DNA of 63,534 bases, filler included, from Hausera hauseri (GCA_046269625.1; 10 parts of 10 records of this genome joined end to end with filler, not necessarily neighbours in it); one strand, 5' to 3'. Counted from the first letter of the whole stretch, positions 25,964 through 40,304 are shown. Made by a program: numbers and translations. Notes: generated by a model from the letters alone, not told the origin.

Positions 25964-26398
25964 CAATAATAAAAATAAGAATAGTAATAATAATACTCAG
26001 TAATAATAATAAAAATACTTGACGTTGTTAATGAGCCTGATGTTGATGATGATCTTGCTGTTGTTGATTGACTTGCTGCTGTTGAAGGACTTGATTTTGT
26101 TGATGTACTTTATGTTGTTAATGNNNNNNNNNNNNNNNNNNNNNNNNNNNNNNNNNNNNNNNNNNNNTTAATTAATTAANNNNNNNNNNNNNNNNNNNNN
26201 NNNNNNNNNNNNNNNNNNNNNNNCAGTAGACAGCATATTGATTTGTGGATGTAAACTACCAGTGTAAGTAATAACAATTATAGTATCAAAACATTGATAA
26301 ATATCTGTGATTAGTCAACTTGTTTTTAACATAAGTTGAAAAGTTAATGCAACAAGCAATTCTACTTGTTATTTTTGTTGTAACTTTACTTCTTTGCG

Positions 26399-27117
26399 TT
26401 GGATAAGGATGTAACAAAAGAAATGTTTCGGATGTACACGTTCACAAGAAAGCGGCTTGGGAATAATAGTAAAGCAGTTTACAGTGATTTTCTGCAAGTC
26501 TGGGGAGATAAAGCGCCTGCAGTATCAAGTATTAGACGTTGGTTTGCCGATTTCAACACTGGTCGCAGGTCATCGTTTTCTGATGCATAGAATCCGGGTC
26601 GACCAAGAATGGTGAGAACCGAGGAGAATATAGAAACAGTGAAACAGCTGTTAGAGAATAACATGCATATGTCTACCAGGACATCACCAACATTCTCAGT
26701 ATCAGTAAACAAACAGCACTCCAAATTTTAAAAGATGACCTTCAACTACGAAAAGTGTACTCAGTTTAAATGCCTTTGCAATCGCCGTACTCATCTGACT
26801 ACAACTTCAGTCACTAGTAACTTTTCCCATTTATGAAAAAGCAGCTGAGAATGCAAACTTTCAATTCTGCAGAAGAGATTGAAAAAGTTGCGTTGAACAT
26901 CTTCAACAGCATACGGCCTGATTGATTTCTTCACGAACTTGAAGCATTACAGGAACATTTACGTGCAGTTATCTGCATTGGAGGGCAGTATGTTACAGAA
27001 GAATGCTGTAAGTTTTTATTCAATTATACTTGTTTTTCTGGTATCACTGTTTGAACAATATTTAATTGGCACACGAAGTATTTGGTTGTTGCAAAGTTTC
27101 CGGACACTTTTAATGTA
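26399..27117 (+). mobile_element. mariner transposon remnant with internal deletion
   Basis: WGDKAPAVSSIRRWFADFNTGRRSSFSD, GRPRMVRTEENIETVK, then a jump to an SPYSSD (PPYSPD-like) motif. TIR-like end near 27088-27117. Confidence 0.8.
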
Positions 27118-27199
27118 TATTTTACGAGAAATGACAAACAAATAAACATTATCTGTCAAAGTCAAAGTCGTTGTTTTCTACTGTTTGGGTCCATCTTCT

Positions 27200-28120
27200 T
27201 TACAACTGTTCGATTCCATGTCGATACTATTCCTTTGATTTCGAGAAGAAAAACTTGTTGCATTCATTTTCCACTTCCTCAATATTCCTGAACTGGTATT
27301 CCGTCCTCGTGGAAAGTGAGCCGTCGACCACAATAGACAGATAGCGTGAGGTCCGTATTGTATGGAGGATGAAGGAGGCACTTCAATGTCGGAAAGATCT
27401 TGGGTCTTCTTCTGAGTTGTCCTTGTGGTGTGCTCTGAGGTATTACCATGCAGAATATGTGCCTAATTCCGACTGATCAAGGCAGGGTAGCGCGTTAGCA
27501 AAACTTCATCAACTTGTTGCAGCTGTTCAGAATAGAGGTTAGCCTTTATTGCACGACCCTCTTGAACGAGTTCGAAGTGCTGAACATCTTCAAAATAATA
27601 ATAATATTTTAAAGTCGCCCTCTGCGAACAGTCGGGACTGTTGGTTGGTCGAACATCAACCATTGGTTATCCTTGTAAGGATTGCTTAAATAAATCAATT
27701 TTTCATTCACAGTCACAATTCGTTTCTCGAATCGAGCATCTTGAAGATTGGCAAGGAGTTATTAACAGATGTCCATACAACGTTGAGACTGCGCTGGAGT
27801 CAATTCATATAAAACGTCTCGACAGCGTCTGTTGTGAAACCCAATTTGCTGGAGATGGCGATCAATGGTGGAATAATTAGGGACAAGTTCTGCTAAAAAT
27901 CTGTGTGTACTGGCTTGGTTTTCACTGCTTGTAGCAGCGCCTCGTTATCCACTGTAGATGGGTGTCCGAAGCGGGGATTATCATCGAGACTTGTGTCACC
28001 TTCATCGAAACGTTGAAATAATTCTGCTGCTGTAGTATTGTTTACAATTTTCACCTTCCACTGCACAAATTTCCTTGGCTGCGGCTCTTGTGCTGAGTCG
28101 TTTTTTCCAATAATGATGCT
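27200..28120 (-). mobile_element. mariner transposase remnant
   Basis: FDEGDTSLDDNPRFGHPSTVDN, HFELVQEGRAIKANLYSEQLQQV, and LHGNT/PHPPY-like motifs, frameshifted. Boundaries approximate. Confidence 0.8.
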
Positions 28121-28543
28121 GTAAGGAAGAATTTAAACAAATATCAATGTTTAAATTCAATTCAAAGTTAAATCAATAAACAGCCAATACAAATTCAGGA
28201 AATTCAAAATAGGATGAAAAGAAGAATCATTTAATGAGTAAATGAGTTAATTGTTATATCAACTATTATAATAAATATCTTATGGATAATTCAACTTTTT
28301 AATCATCAAGTGATGTAGAAGTCGGGATGGTAGAGACGCGATCTACTTACAGTTTGTATGTGTAGTAAGTAAAGAAAATAAGGTAAATACAGTATTCCTA
28401 ATATGCGGCCATTTGGTTTTATGTCAGATATATTCAAAGTTAAATCATTGTTCACAGTGTAAATGCGCCATAACTACTAGTGTACATAGTTACTATTAAT
28501 AAAAACATGAAAAACTTTTATTTTTATAACAAAATATTTAAAA

Positions 28544-30718
28544 TCATGTAGAATAATGTCCATATGCGACAATTTTATTTTTCTGGATCCATTGCCTTTT
28601 ATCATCAAATGGGTCCAGCGCTTTCTTCCTTGTTGGTATTGTCATCAATTGATGATTTTTGGTCCCAATTCACTCCTGTTCCACCACAGTCAAACAACCG
28701 GTTTTGTATGCTTGTAAGTAGCTGTCGAACTGTAAGTCAATCTGTTTCAGATTTATGCCCTTGCATTTGATGACTTGTATGGTTTGGGTTTTGAAGGCAT
28801 AGGATTTTGGCTGTAGGAAAATCGCCTCTTGATACTAAACGCAGCCCTTGCTCTTATCTTTAAATTTCCCAATTACAGATGCAAAACGAGTCGAGTACAG
28901 CGGATCACTTTTATCATAGTTAGAAGTGTCTAACTGCTCGTTTGCTATCATCGCCGGTAACAATTGTGATCTCAAATGAACACCACGACGTACGATGAAA
29001 AAACTGTCTGCCACCAGCAGCGATATTTAACTCGCTTTTAAACTAGTACCTGTCTCCAACTCGATATAATTCAGTTCATACATACGTAACTTGGATAGAT
29101 CAAGTACGGCCTGACCAATGTATAAGGGTCTGTCTAAGGTGACCATGTCTTTATCAAGGAGAATGGCAACGAGATCATCGGCTATTATAATACTGTCTTT
29201 AAACTGTGCCTTATTAGCATAAGTAAAAAGCTTTTTAGCATTATTACACAATCTTAAGTTGGACCTTTTCAGTAGATTTTCAACTGTTTTGCCACACAAA
29301 CTACTGTTCGTCAGCTTAAAGAAGTCCTTCTCAAAAGGATTACTTACTGCAGCCCTCTTGGAAGTATTTAAATCGATGTAATATTTAAAAACATAACCCT
29401 GGTCAAATTCAACAGCTCGATGAACTTTTTCATCTACAGCGCCTAACTCGATGTACAATTGTAAAAGGCGATAATGAATAACGTAGTTGGACTTATGCTC
29501 GTGTCCGCAACAATTTCTTTACTTTGGAACCAGGAGGACATTGGTTGATAGGAGCAAGAGGCAACTGATCTAAATTATCGTGCTTGTCAGATAGGATGCT
29601 TAAATCAACCTCAAAGACTAAACCTCGTTTGTCCCTAACAGTATCAATAAAGGGTAATTGCTCAATCAGGTTGTTTAATTTATCTTCATAATAAATCCAA
29701 GTCAAATTCGCAAATGGCAGAGGTTGAGATAAAGCCCAGCCGTACAAATTATTTACATTTATATACAAGAGACTAATGCTTTCATCGGTTACAACCCTAT
29801 GCTTATTAACAAAAGTCATACCACCGCGAATTCCTGATGGAAAGAAACTATGCATTTCAAAATCTTGAATGAGCGCAATCTTACAAGGACCTGATTTTAA
29901 TGCTGTTGCCCAAGATAAACCGGGAATTGAAATGAAGTTTACTGTCTCTAAACCATCTTGTAACCTAATCTCCTTTTTAAACCGTTCAAAAATATCACCT
30001 AAGAAGTATACATCGAGTTTCATGCATACCAACATGTAATCTAAAATACGGCTACAACTATATTTCGACCAAGCCCTTTGTGCTTCTTCATAATCGCTGT
30101 CACTAACACAATCCCATTTTGGTAGTAATTTAGTAATCGACTGCAAATCATTGCATGTTTTGGCTGCAGTGTATGGAAAAATTCTTTTTCCCTTAATGAT
30201 GTCAGAAGGAAAAGCCGATTCTGTAAATAGGTAGTTGTTTAAGTTAGAGGCTAAAGTCTTTAATGAAGCCGATAAAAACTGAACAGTGTCTAGAAATCTA
30301 ATAGTAACCGACTTTATACCCGAATATCTTATCATTGCAAACAGTAAAATTTTTCAGTCGTCTGTGGAATAACATTTAATTCCCAACTGTTCAATTTCCT
30401 CAATGAGTGTTTCACAATATGATGAAGATCATATCCACGCAAATTATGACACATAAGTGGTAAATTATATCTGATCTGACGAGCCAAGTTACATTTGTTG
30501 CAAGCAGGTCCTAAGAATTTACCTGTAACATTACAGTGATCTCGAACAAAGTCCGAAACGTTTTCATGACAAAGGTAACACGCTGTAGCATTTTTGAAAA
30601 GATACCATTCAGCAGATGGTAACAGGATTATGGATTTTTTCGCATTTTCATACCATGGGAAAACAAGTTTCTTAACAATTGCCTCCAAACAGACCAGAAA
30701 CTCAACTATGGAATTTTA
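28544..30718 (-). pseudogene. Protein-primed family B DNA polymerase (Polinton/Maverick-like) with N-terminal endonuclease VII-like domain, disrupted
   Basis: CYLC..VRDHCNVTGKFLGPACNKCNL, HNLRGYD, RFLDT, GIRGG, YINVNNLYG (degenerate YxDxNxLYG), FFKLTNSSLCGKTVEN, KCKGI, KALDPFDDKR...AYGHY*. Confidence 0.9.
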
Positions 30719-30818
30719 NNNNNNNNNNNNNNNNNNNNNNNNNNNNNNNNNNNNNNNNNNNNTTAATTAATTAANNNNNNNNNNNNNNNNNNNNNNNNNN
30801 NNNNNNNNNNNNNNNNNN

Positions 30819-30893
30819 GAACGAACGAACGAACGAACGAACGAACGAACGAACGAACGAACGAACGAACGAACGAACGAACGAACGAACGAA
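30819..30893. repeat. (GAAC)n microsatellite
   Basis: Perfect tetranucleotide run at the contig start. Confidence 0.97.
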
Positions 30894-30909
30894 TGCATTC
30901 ACAACGAGA

Positions 30910-32030
30910 TTTTGACTGTGTATTAACAATGCGTTTTTTCGTTTCTTTGTTTTCGTTGCACATTTTTCACACCCCTCTCCATTGGTCTGGTCGTGCGGCG
31001 GCTATAATACGAAATGCTCAACTACTGATGGGTTACCTGCTCAACCCATTTCCACAGCCAGCAGACTTGAACAATGGGAAATTTTTACCGTTTAAAATTT
31101 TCCCACCAAACTTTCCCCATGTGTCCATGGTCATACCGAGTTGAAATTGTGTGCATTTGATTCCCCAACATCGGTTTGACATTTGCACCAAACATTGCGC
31201 AATTCGTAACTCGTGTCTCGTTTCTCATAAAACATTTCGTGTTTTGCTTCTTTTGCTTTTAACACCGCCCAGTAACATTTTCGACTGTCGCCGCGCTACA
31301 AAATTTTTCTCAACTCATGGAGCTATACCGATTTCCATCGGCGACATGTGGAACATATGATATGTGCTTCCGACGGGGGGATCTCCGACAACAAAATGTG
31401 AAATGCTCAGAATTGCGAGAAAACTTGGTGGGGAAAACTTGGTCTCAAGTCGATCTCAGCACTTTTGGGAAGTGGGGTAGAAAGCTCACTTCTACCTACT
31501 ACTCTGAGTTTGACTTTAATTTTGCATTTCTTTGTTGATGATGATATTGACTTTTAACAATGCGTTTTTTTGTTCAATTGCATTTTTCACCCAGATCCAT
31601 TGGTCTGATCGTGAGGTGGCTATAATATGAAAATTTTTCATGCCTATGGGCAATGTATTAGACCAATTTCAATCACCGGTAGACTTGAACATGGGGAAAT
31701 TTTGCCGTTTGAAATTTCCCCGTCGATTTTTCTCCATATCCCCATGGTCTGACCGACTTGCAACAGTATCCATTGCAATCGCCAATATCGATTTACTCCT
31801 TGTACACATTTTCTCAGTGCTAGATACATGCTTCGCGTTACACGTGGAACATTTCCTGTTTTGCTTCTTCCTCTTCTAGCGCCTTACCCTTACATTTCTG
31901 TAAGCCGCACCTCTGTTAACTTTTGCTCACCTCGTCCCACGCTATCGATATCACCTGGTCCGAACCCCTTTGCCCGACCACATTTCCTGGGCTGGGGAGT
32001 GAGAAAATCCGTTAAATACTCGAAATAGCC
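30910..32030. repeat. Diverged tandem duplication or satellite, period about 630 bp
   Basis: Colinear blocks repeated: TTAACAATGCGTTTTTT, CCATTGGTCTG.TCGTG.GG.GGCTATAATA, AGACTTGAACA.GGGAAATTT, CCATGGTC. Confidence 0.8.
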
Positions 32031-35000
32031 AATTAGATGTGGTAAACTGGTTAACTGACCAATCAAAGAAGTGGAGTGGAGCTGACACTTCAACCTACTC
32101 TTCTTCAATAGTTCGGTCTCGAAGAGCCTTCCACATGGAAATCCGGACAATTGCAACCAAAATGATGTTTATCTGGAATTGACAGAATTACCTAAATCTG
32201 TCAGGAAAATATAAACTAACATTATTCCATAAATCAGATTTTCCTCAGAAATCCGAGCAACAAACGTTTACCCGAATGTCAAAATTATTAACCAAAATCA
32301 AAAATTGTTAATCACAAAGAATTCTATGACCAAAAGCACTTATCTTTAATTGTCAAAATTGAATTACAAAATAAACAATCTGAACAATTCGATTATGGCA
32401 ACGAATAAACAAAATTCACAAGAACGGTATATAAACCGTCCTAAAACGACACAAAAACAACAAAAATTTTAATACTAAATTCTGTCTGAAACCGTTAAGG
32501 AACTGGTTAGTTCAGAGTCATGTCTATTAATCGAAGTTATTGACTCTCATAGGCGTCTACGAATCACCTCTTAATTAACGAGATACCTTAGAAGCTACTT
32601 CAAACGTCGTGATAATCGAATATTTCAAGGGAACATTACTGACAATATAAATACTAATAGTTATCATTAAACCGTTTATCATTCTTTTGGCAATACGAGA
32701 GCAAATGGATCGACCAGAGGAAATTGAATCTGAATCACAAGAGAATTATCCTGGTAAATGTTTATTAAAAATGTATAATTTGTCAAAACATAGTCAATCC
32801 ATATCATAAATAATTGCAGCCGTCGATTATTTGTAATTATTGTTTTTACTAAAATTTTGTAAAAACTAAATTAATCATGTAATATCCATGTTGTTTTAGA
32901 ATCAATGATGGGTTGTCACGCGAATCGTCCAGTGTTAATACAAATGTTAATTAAAATTGCTTGATTGCAAATTCAGATTTGGAATAATGAGGTCATACTG
33001 TCAGAATTCTCTCCGGTCCGGGATGGCAAAACTTGACATTGTCAGATGAATAAACACCCGAATTCCAACATAATTAAAGCCTATCGTGTAGTTATCAATA
33101 AGTTGTTTTGGTCACTTCAATCTACTTTGTATTTATGAGAGTGACAGGCGAGGAGCATTCCTGCTAAGGAACCTGTGCATCGGATAAGATGAGTGGCCTT
33201 ATGTGGAAATTTTGGGCAATTTCAATTGCACGTCTGTAATTGGCAAATCCTATCGATTTAGCTATTGGCTATGACGAGTGGAATTCCAACGAGTAGAAAT
33301 GCAATGTGTCCTTAAATTTGATGTAACAAGTGCTACGTGATTGTTTGAAGCAATTTTCTAGAACCAATAACATATTGAAATTAGCACAGTCCTCAGATTA
33401 TTAAAGAATGATGGATAATATTGATTCTTCCATATTCGTCCCTAACTAAATCAGTGTAGAAGTGGAACACCGTCTTATACCTAGAGCAAATCAAGATTAG
33501 ATATAATCTTGGCATGTATTTATCTATTCATGTTGAATACTGTATCATATTCACATTTGACTATGATTGTTTTTGAACAAAAAGGAGTGCTTATTTTATT
33601 TAATGTCATGGATCCACCTACTGGAGAACGGTAATTAGATTAGCGATAATATTTTGAACTTAATTCAAGTGTAAGTCGCTTCAGCAATCAATACATAATT
33701 TAAATTTAAATATGTATATGTTTGCGGACAAGGATAGTACCGACATTAATACACGAACTCACTATAGAATATATATCTGTTTAATGGTATTATACATTCA
33801 TTAGTAAATGAAACAGAAAAAATTCTGATCTATTATGGTTTATTCGTTGATCTTACGTTGTGAATTGATTAAAATATATTCCTTGTTTTGACTGCATATA
33901 TATGGTTAATAAATGATAAGACTAATCCTACAGTCGTTGATAGTTTAAAGTTGGTGACTAATTTACACTGATTTATCCCACCCCTAAATCCTTAGGCGAT
34001 TAGGACTCTATTCCATGGATCAATCGAAATATTTGCAGAAATGTGATGAAGGATTAATTTGAAATTAATAATCGACTAACGGACAATCAGTAAAAGCAAT
34101 CAGAGCATAGGTAGATAGGACTTCCTCCAATTTCCCTTCTTATGTTGGGTTTACGGTAATTTTGAACTCTTTGGACAGTAAAGTGAATGATTTCAATATG
34201 ATTATAGTTATGTTGACGTTGGATTGCTATGTTAAGTTACGTGGCGCAGGTCAATTCTAATTACAGTACCGCCACCGAACTCACTATCTCCAGATAACTC
34301 CAAATCATTCCCATCTCCAATTCGCCATTTTTTAATTTTTCTCTTTATGTTGGGACCATTACTCGCAATTGTGACGAAACAGCAACAATACTAATTTTAA
34401 ATTAACATTCTTTCCCGGAAAAAGTAATTTGTTAACTATACACGATACATTTATGTAGTCAAAGAACCGGCCAAACCAAGAAAACTGAACATTAATAATT
34501 TAACCACAGATCGAGTCATAACATCCACATTCATAAAATATACTTAGAAAACGCGCGCACCACCGAAAATATAAAAAAATGAAGATATCTTCAGTGACCT
34601 TCAAAGAAGAGTAATATTTTAAACTATAATTAATTAGTAATAATAAGTAGGACAATAAGCATATCTCAGAAATAATAAAGTAATAATCTTACAACGTAAG
34701 GGGCTTTTCGGCAAATCAAATTTTCCTTATGAAAATTAGTTAGACAAGTACAAAATTTTATGATTTCAAATAATAGGAAATTAGNNNNNNNNNNNNNNNN
34801 NNNNNNNNNNNNNNNNNNNNNNNNNNNNTTAATTAATTAANNNNNNNNNNNNNNNNNNNNNNNNNNNNNNNNNNNNNNNNNNNNCAACTATTAGTGACAT
34901 TTGTCCTTCTCTCACGACATACAATTTTCTCACATATATTACGTGTGTGTGTGATGAGTACTCCATAAAAATCGATTTTTACCTAAAATATTTGTCTAAA

Positions 35001-35974
35001 ACGGAATAAAAGTTCATGTATTCAAAAGTCACATGTACGTAGAAATATCGTTTTCCTCTTCTGTACGTTGATGGAAATGCGTAAAAACTTTGCTACACAT
35101 ATATCCATAATCAGTAACCGATGGCCGATCGATTGAACCCGATTATGTATAATTTGGACGAAAAAAAGTTTTCCAGTTTCCAAAAGTATACCCTGTGACG
35201 ATTTTCGACGTTTCTCATTGCACTTCCGTTCCGGATTGGATTATTTCCATTCGAACACAATTGCCGAATAGCCCGCGTCTTGGTCTTTCGTTTGATATGC
35301 TACGCTACACTGGATTCCATCATCAGTGCACACACACATTGACGTCTATGACGTCATCGGTGCATAGTTCTCCTTTCTTCCCGGTACCGTTCAGCTACTC
35401 ATCGCTTTATTGTTACGGGACCGGTGCCGACTCATCGATAACGTTTTCCAGTTCTTTATAAATCATATTCCGGTCCTGGCTCATTTTATTGCTCTGGCCT
35501 CGTGCTTTGGCGCTGCATCCCATAGATTTCGTTCCTTCGGCTTTCGATGCGCCATTGCTTTCCCATTATTTCTATGTGCCACACATGACCGTGGACCATT
35601 TCCTTGTAACATCTGCTTTTTTGTGCACTTCTCATGCTTCCAGGATGCACCGTGCACTTTGACGGTGTTTTTTGAAATCTCCGTCGCCGATTCTACGTAG
35701 CCAATTCCTGTGTGCGCATCAAGTACGCTTCGGATTGGCTGCATGGAGGGGGAGGGGGTGAGCCAGGACCGGCATTTTTTTACTAGTAATATTGTTAAAC
35801 GTTTTGCACAGGACGGCAAGAGAGTACCAATATTACTGAACTAAACTTATTTAAGTAAGGCATATTGTCTTTTCAATAAAAGTAGACCCTTCCTGCATTA
35901 AGGTACTCAAATTTCAAGTATAACTACTGTTGTATAGTGGAGGTTGTATAAGGGCCACCCCAATATATAACATT

Positions 35975-35992
35975 TGGCGACCCTAGCAGGAC
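35975..35992 (+). promoter_or_regulatory. Primer-binding site (tRNA-Arg-like) after LTR end ...ATAACA
   Basis: CA-TT-TGGCGACCCTAGCAGGAC, upstream of a gag gene and downstream of AATAAA (about 35875). Confidence 0.7.
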
Positions 35993-36329
35993 AAATTAGT
36001 GCGTCGCTAGACTTTAATTCAGATAGTAGTTAACTAAAATGACATACCGGCGATCAGCGCCACTCACACCAATTAACTGAAATAGTCTGAAATTAACATT
36101 TGGATTATAAGTTGAAAGGGATTCTAAATAAAGTTATTAGAGAACAAATATTGATAAGTTTAAAGTAACTCTTGATCTAAACGATAAGGAAAATTCCCTT
36201 ATATGCCAGACGCGTAGAAATACATATAGAGACAATAAAAATTTAGATAAACGTTCATTTTGTGAAACCAGAGTAAACTCATTAAATGCAGATTTAACCG
36301 CCGTTGAGCGAACTGATTAGTTCAAAATT

Positions 36330-37440
36330 CCTATCATAAAATCTAAAGTTAATAAAAGTAATAAGGCAAAGATTAATCACGTAAATACTACGGCAGCAGA
36401 TAACCCACAAGTAACGCAGAAGCTAGATATTTTCACGTTTGATTCTCTGAACCTACCTGCATACGATGGTGATCCGGACGGATTGAATGAATTTTCAAGA
36501 ACTAATAAATTGCACGCAGAAGGTGCCAGTCTTACTCCTGAAGTAATGATTAAACGTTTGTCGTTATATTTGAAGAATTTAGCCGCTGATGCTTACAGCG
36601 AGCTCGATAATGATGAGAATAAATCTTGGTCCTCCTTAGTATGAGCATTGAACCGAAAATTATTGCCGACAGTAATGCCGCAACGGAAACTTATGGCATT
36701 TCAGAATAGGGTGCAACAGAAGAGTGAATCGGTAACCCAGTTTGCATTTTCACTAAAGAAACTCGCTAATAGTTATGTGAGCACCTTGAGAATAGCCAAT
36801 GTGGCAAGAGCCAAAACAGACGCGGAACGTGAGGCTGCAGAAAAGGCAACCCCTCCAGATTTTGACGTCATGATGACGACGCATTTAATTAATGGTATTT
36901 GGTCCTGAGATTTAGTGAAATAGTTGATTTTGGCCAGACCTGAGAATTTCGAATGGAGTTTGCAATTGGCCCAGGACTTAGAAATGTCACTTGATAGATA
37001 TACCAGACACAATGACAGAAATGATAGAAATAATGATTGAAATGATCGTAGTGATAGAAATCTGAGAGATGACAGACGATTTAATGGTAGTAGAAATTAG
37101 GAGAATAGAAATAGTAATAATGACTACAGGGATAGTCGGAACAATAATTGTGCTAGCGGCCGAAATATGAATAAGTCGAATTCCAATTCGGATATAAATT
37201 GAGGAAACTACAAAAGTTCTAACTATCAAAATCATTACGATGATAATCGAATTAATGATAGTCGACGAAATGTAGATAGTACACAAGGTTCGCCGAACCA
37301 GTACAATAGAAGCACAAATAGATTAAAATCACCTGTGAATGAAGACGGTCGACAGAGATCCGGCAGGAATGGAAATTTAGTTTGCTTTACCTGCGGTAAA
37401 GAAGGACACGTATGAAGGTCATGTCCGAACCCGCGTAGCG
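36330..37440 (+). pseudogene. gag: Ty3/gypsy-type gag with CCHC zinc knuckle
   Basis: LPAYDGDPD, LSLYLKNLAADAY, FQNRVQQKSESVTQFAFSLKKLA, LINGI, an N/R/D-rich linker, then CFTCGKEGHV*RSC (37383-37424). Start approximate. Confidence 0.88.
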
Positions 37441-40304
37441 TCTCCTTCACTGAACCTAATAAGGAGAGTATGATTAAAGTCAACGAGAACTTAGAAGGGA
37501 AATATGGTGTTCGTGAAGATACAGGTACTACTATCGACATACAAGATTTGCGAAAATTTCTAGATGCTCAGCCTGACACTACTAACCCACAAATTTTGAT
37601 GTCTAGAAAAAAATACGCAGATAAATTAGGGCTATTAGAAGTCTACCATGGTCTAGTAGAACAAGAAACTAAATGAGTATGCTATAGCACCAAAGCAAAT
37701 TGATATGACGCGGAAAAAGAGTATTCCGACAATAAATAAAACGGTAGATAAACCAGGAACCTCGACAGAAATCGACTTAGATGCAGAGCCTGAGTTTACG
37801 GTTGAAAAGTAGTCAAGATTACTGAAGATGATATTGCAGAAAAAGAATTTATGGAACCATTAATACTTAAAGTTACGAAAAACAAAGTCCGCAGCCCTTC
37901 ACTTAAGCAAAAACATAGAAGTCGTTCGCGATCGCAAGTAACTAAAGAGAAACTAAAAGAAACGAAAGATAGGAAAATCGCTGCAGAGTGCAACGTAGAA
38001 TCCAGCTTCAATACACCGGAATTTGGTCAATTTACACCCACAGAGGTGAGCAGAATTGTAGAGTCGATTAATGAGATTAATGAGGTTTACCCACTCCTCA
38101 CTAGTGAGGAAGAAACGGAGAACATTAAAGAATTTGACCACAAAAGTGGAAAAATGTCGATGAATTAAAGAAAATGAGAATTAGATGCCACGATCCCGAG
38201 ATACTGCAGCGGAATTTGGAAAGGCTTAAGCAGATTAGTGAACAAGTAGTTATATCTGGTAAAGAGCAACAATTTGCAGAGAGGTTATATAAAAGTTTAA
38301 AATTATGTAGTGAAGGAAAACTCGTTGAAGCAATCGACATAGGACAACCTGAAGCGGTACCACCTGAAACGTTGATAAAATGGAAACGTGAATTAGAATC
38401 ATGGATTAAAAGTGGAGTCGAATTCTCGGAAGGATGGAGTAAAATGAATATAGCGTTGATGTAAAGGTAGCTAAAGCTAAAACGTTATTCTCTACATTAG
38501 AAGCTAATCCCAAATTGAAGGGAGTAGTCCGTAATTCAGAACGCATGATGGATGAAATTCGATACGCAATGATTAATCGACTTAGTGAAAAACCGGTTAG
38601 CAATCGCAGTGATATCAATTTAGAAATATTGGGTATAGACCCAGTAGATATTCCTCCCTTAGTGGAAATGATAAAAATTTCCTTTGCTTTACCTAGACAA
38701 TATACGAATTTAGAGGATCGTATTAAAATGGAGAATGAAAAGAGATCACAAATTATTATCTTGAGAAATCGAATTATGTTTATGAATAACGAAGAAACCA
38801 AATATGTAATAAAAGCTTGTATCGTAGAATTCGACGAATATAAGGATGAGTTCAATCATGTCAGTCGGATTATGAGTTTCATAAAGGTCCAGATGATGAA
38901 TTAAAGGATTCTTATAAAATGCTAGAAAAGGCGATATTGGAAAAACCTGTAATAGCGAACCAATTGCATGAATGGTCCGAATTAATATCGAGACTAAGCA
39001 AATTTGCAGAAAGCGAGCCTACTATAAAGAGACAATTAGAGGAAAGTGCACGTAACTTGGATACAATGAGAGCGGAAGTAGATATCCGGACTCAATTCGA
39101 CGCATTACGCAAATAAATTTTATGAAAAGGAAACAAGAAGTGACGATGTTGGAAGAAATGTATAAAATGATCGAACAGACAAACTTTACAGAAAAGCGAA
39201 ATATGACTTGCAATTTTTGCTCAAGATTAGGAAACATCCGACTAGAAGGAATTCAACATTTAAAAGCTAAATCTATCGACGAAATCTCAACTCAAGATCT
39301 TGAAACTTCAAATGTTTATCCAGAAAATAGAGCAGCTATAGAGGAAGTGATGAGATTCCTACATAAATCACAAGAATGTATGCCCGGAACAGATCAAAAT
39401 TGCCATACCGAGTTGATAAAAATAGGAAACGACCACCATCTTAGTTTTGAAGAAGTTAAGTTCGTAAAGATATTACTCGATGCGATAGATCCTGACTCAA
39501 AAATCATTAATGAGATGTACGAGTTAGCCTTTTTTTAGTAGAAATGGCAGAAATCAATGGTGAGAAGATGAGGCAATTGATGCCAAAATTTCGACAAGTC
39601 GAAGAAACGTCATTAGAACCAAACAAAGAGCAATGGGGTTAGATGAACTAAATAAAGAATTTGAAATCTACGGAAACAAGTATGCTTTTACTGAGTCAGA
39701 AATTAGCAGGAAGATAGAATTTGTACAAAGATGGCAAAGGATGCAATTATCGAGCTAACCGAATATCATCAAAGAGGATTCATTCCTGAGAACGAACTGG
39801 GCGAACTATTAAAACTAACTCAATACGCTTGTGGAAAGGGAATAGGATTCCGGACCGCACAGATGAAAGAAATACAACCAAGATTAAAGGAAATTCGAGA
39901 GAATGTACAAATAATGAATACGGTGCTAGTAGACTACGGACTTCTAGAAGTTGGAAATGAACCAGAATGGGATGCTTACTTAGATGCGATAAATGTCAAA
40001 AATCCGATGACTCCAATACGGTTAAATGAACCAGAAATGTGTCCGCGAGGTAGGAGGTTTAATGTGGAGATGCTACTGATTCAGCGCTAACTGAACAGAT
40101 TTAATCGAACTAATTAACGTAAATATTCCTGAAAATAAGATAAGACAACTTATTCCGACTCTAACACACAGCGCGGTGCCGAAACTTTTAATAAGGAAAT
40201 ATACAAAAATCTTAAGGGCTAAACCTGAGGTAACGATGGAAGTAAAAATATCATGCGAGTGGATGGATGAAAAAGAATGTGAGTTAACCACATATTCCTG
40301 TGAG
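37440..40304 (+). pseudogene. Long unknown E/K-rich ORF following gag (no Pol motifs)
   Basis: About 2.9 kb of continuous frameshifted + ORFs. No DTG/DSG, YxDD or integrase motif seen. Confidence 0.5.

Noticed and set aside
30763-30963. ORF with RSFV repeats
   Set aside because: Translation of the (GAAC)n microsatellite and the linker.
32705-34320. Possible spliced gene (MDRPEEIESESQENYP|GTAAAT and further splice-like sites)
   Set aside because: Downstream candidate exons contain stops and no recognisable domain.
35745-35760. G-rich polypurine-tract-like run upstream of the tRNA-Arg primer-binding site
   Set aside because: Cannot fix the LTR start (candidates 35411, 35759, 35793) without a second copy.
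37010-37270. Repetitive GATAGAAAT/AATAGA tract
   Set aside because: Low-complexity N/D/R linker of Gag, not a CRISPR or regulatory array.
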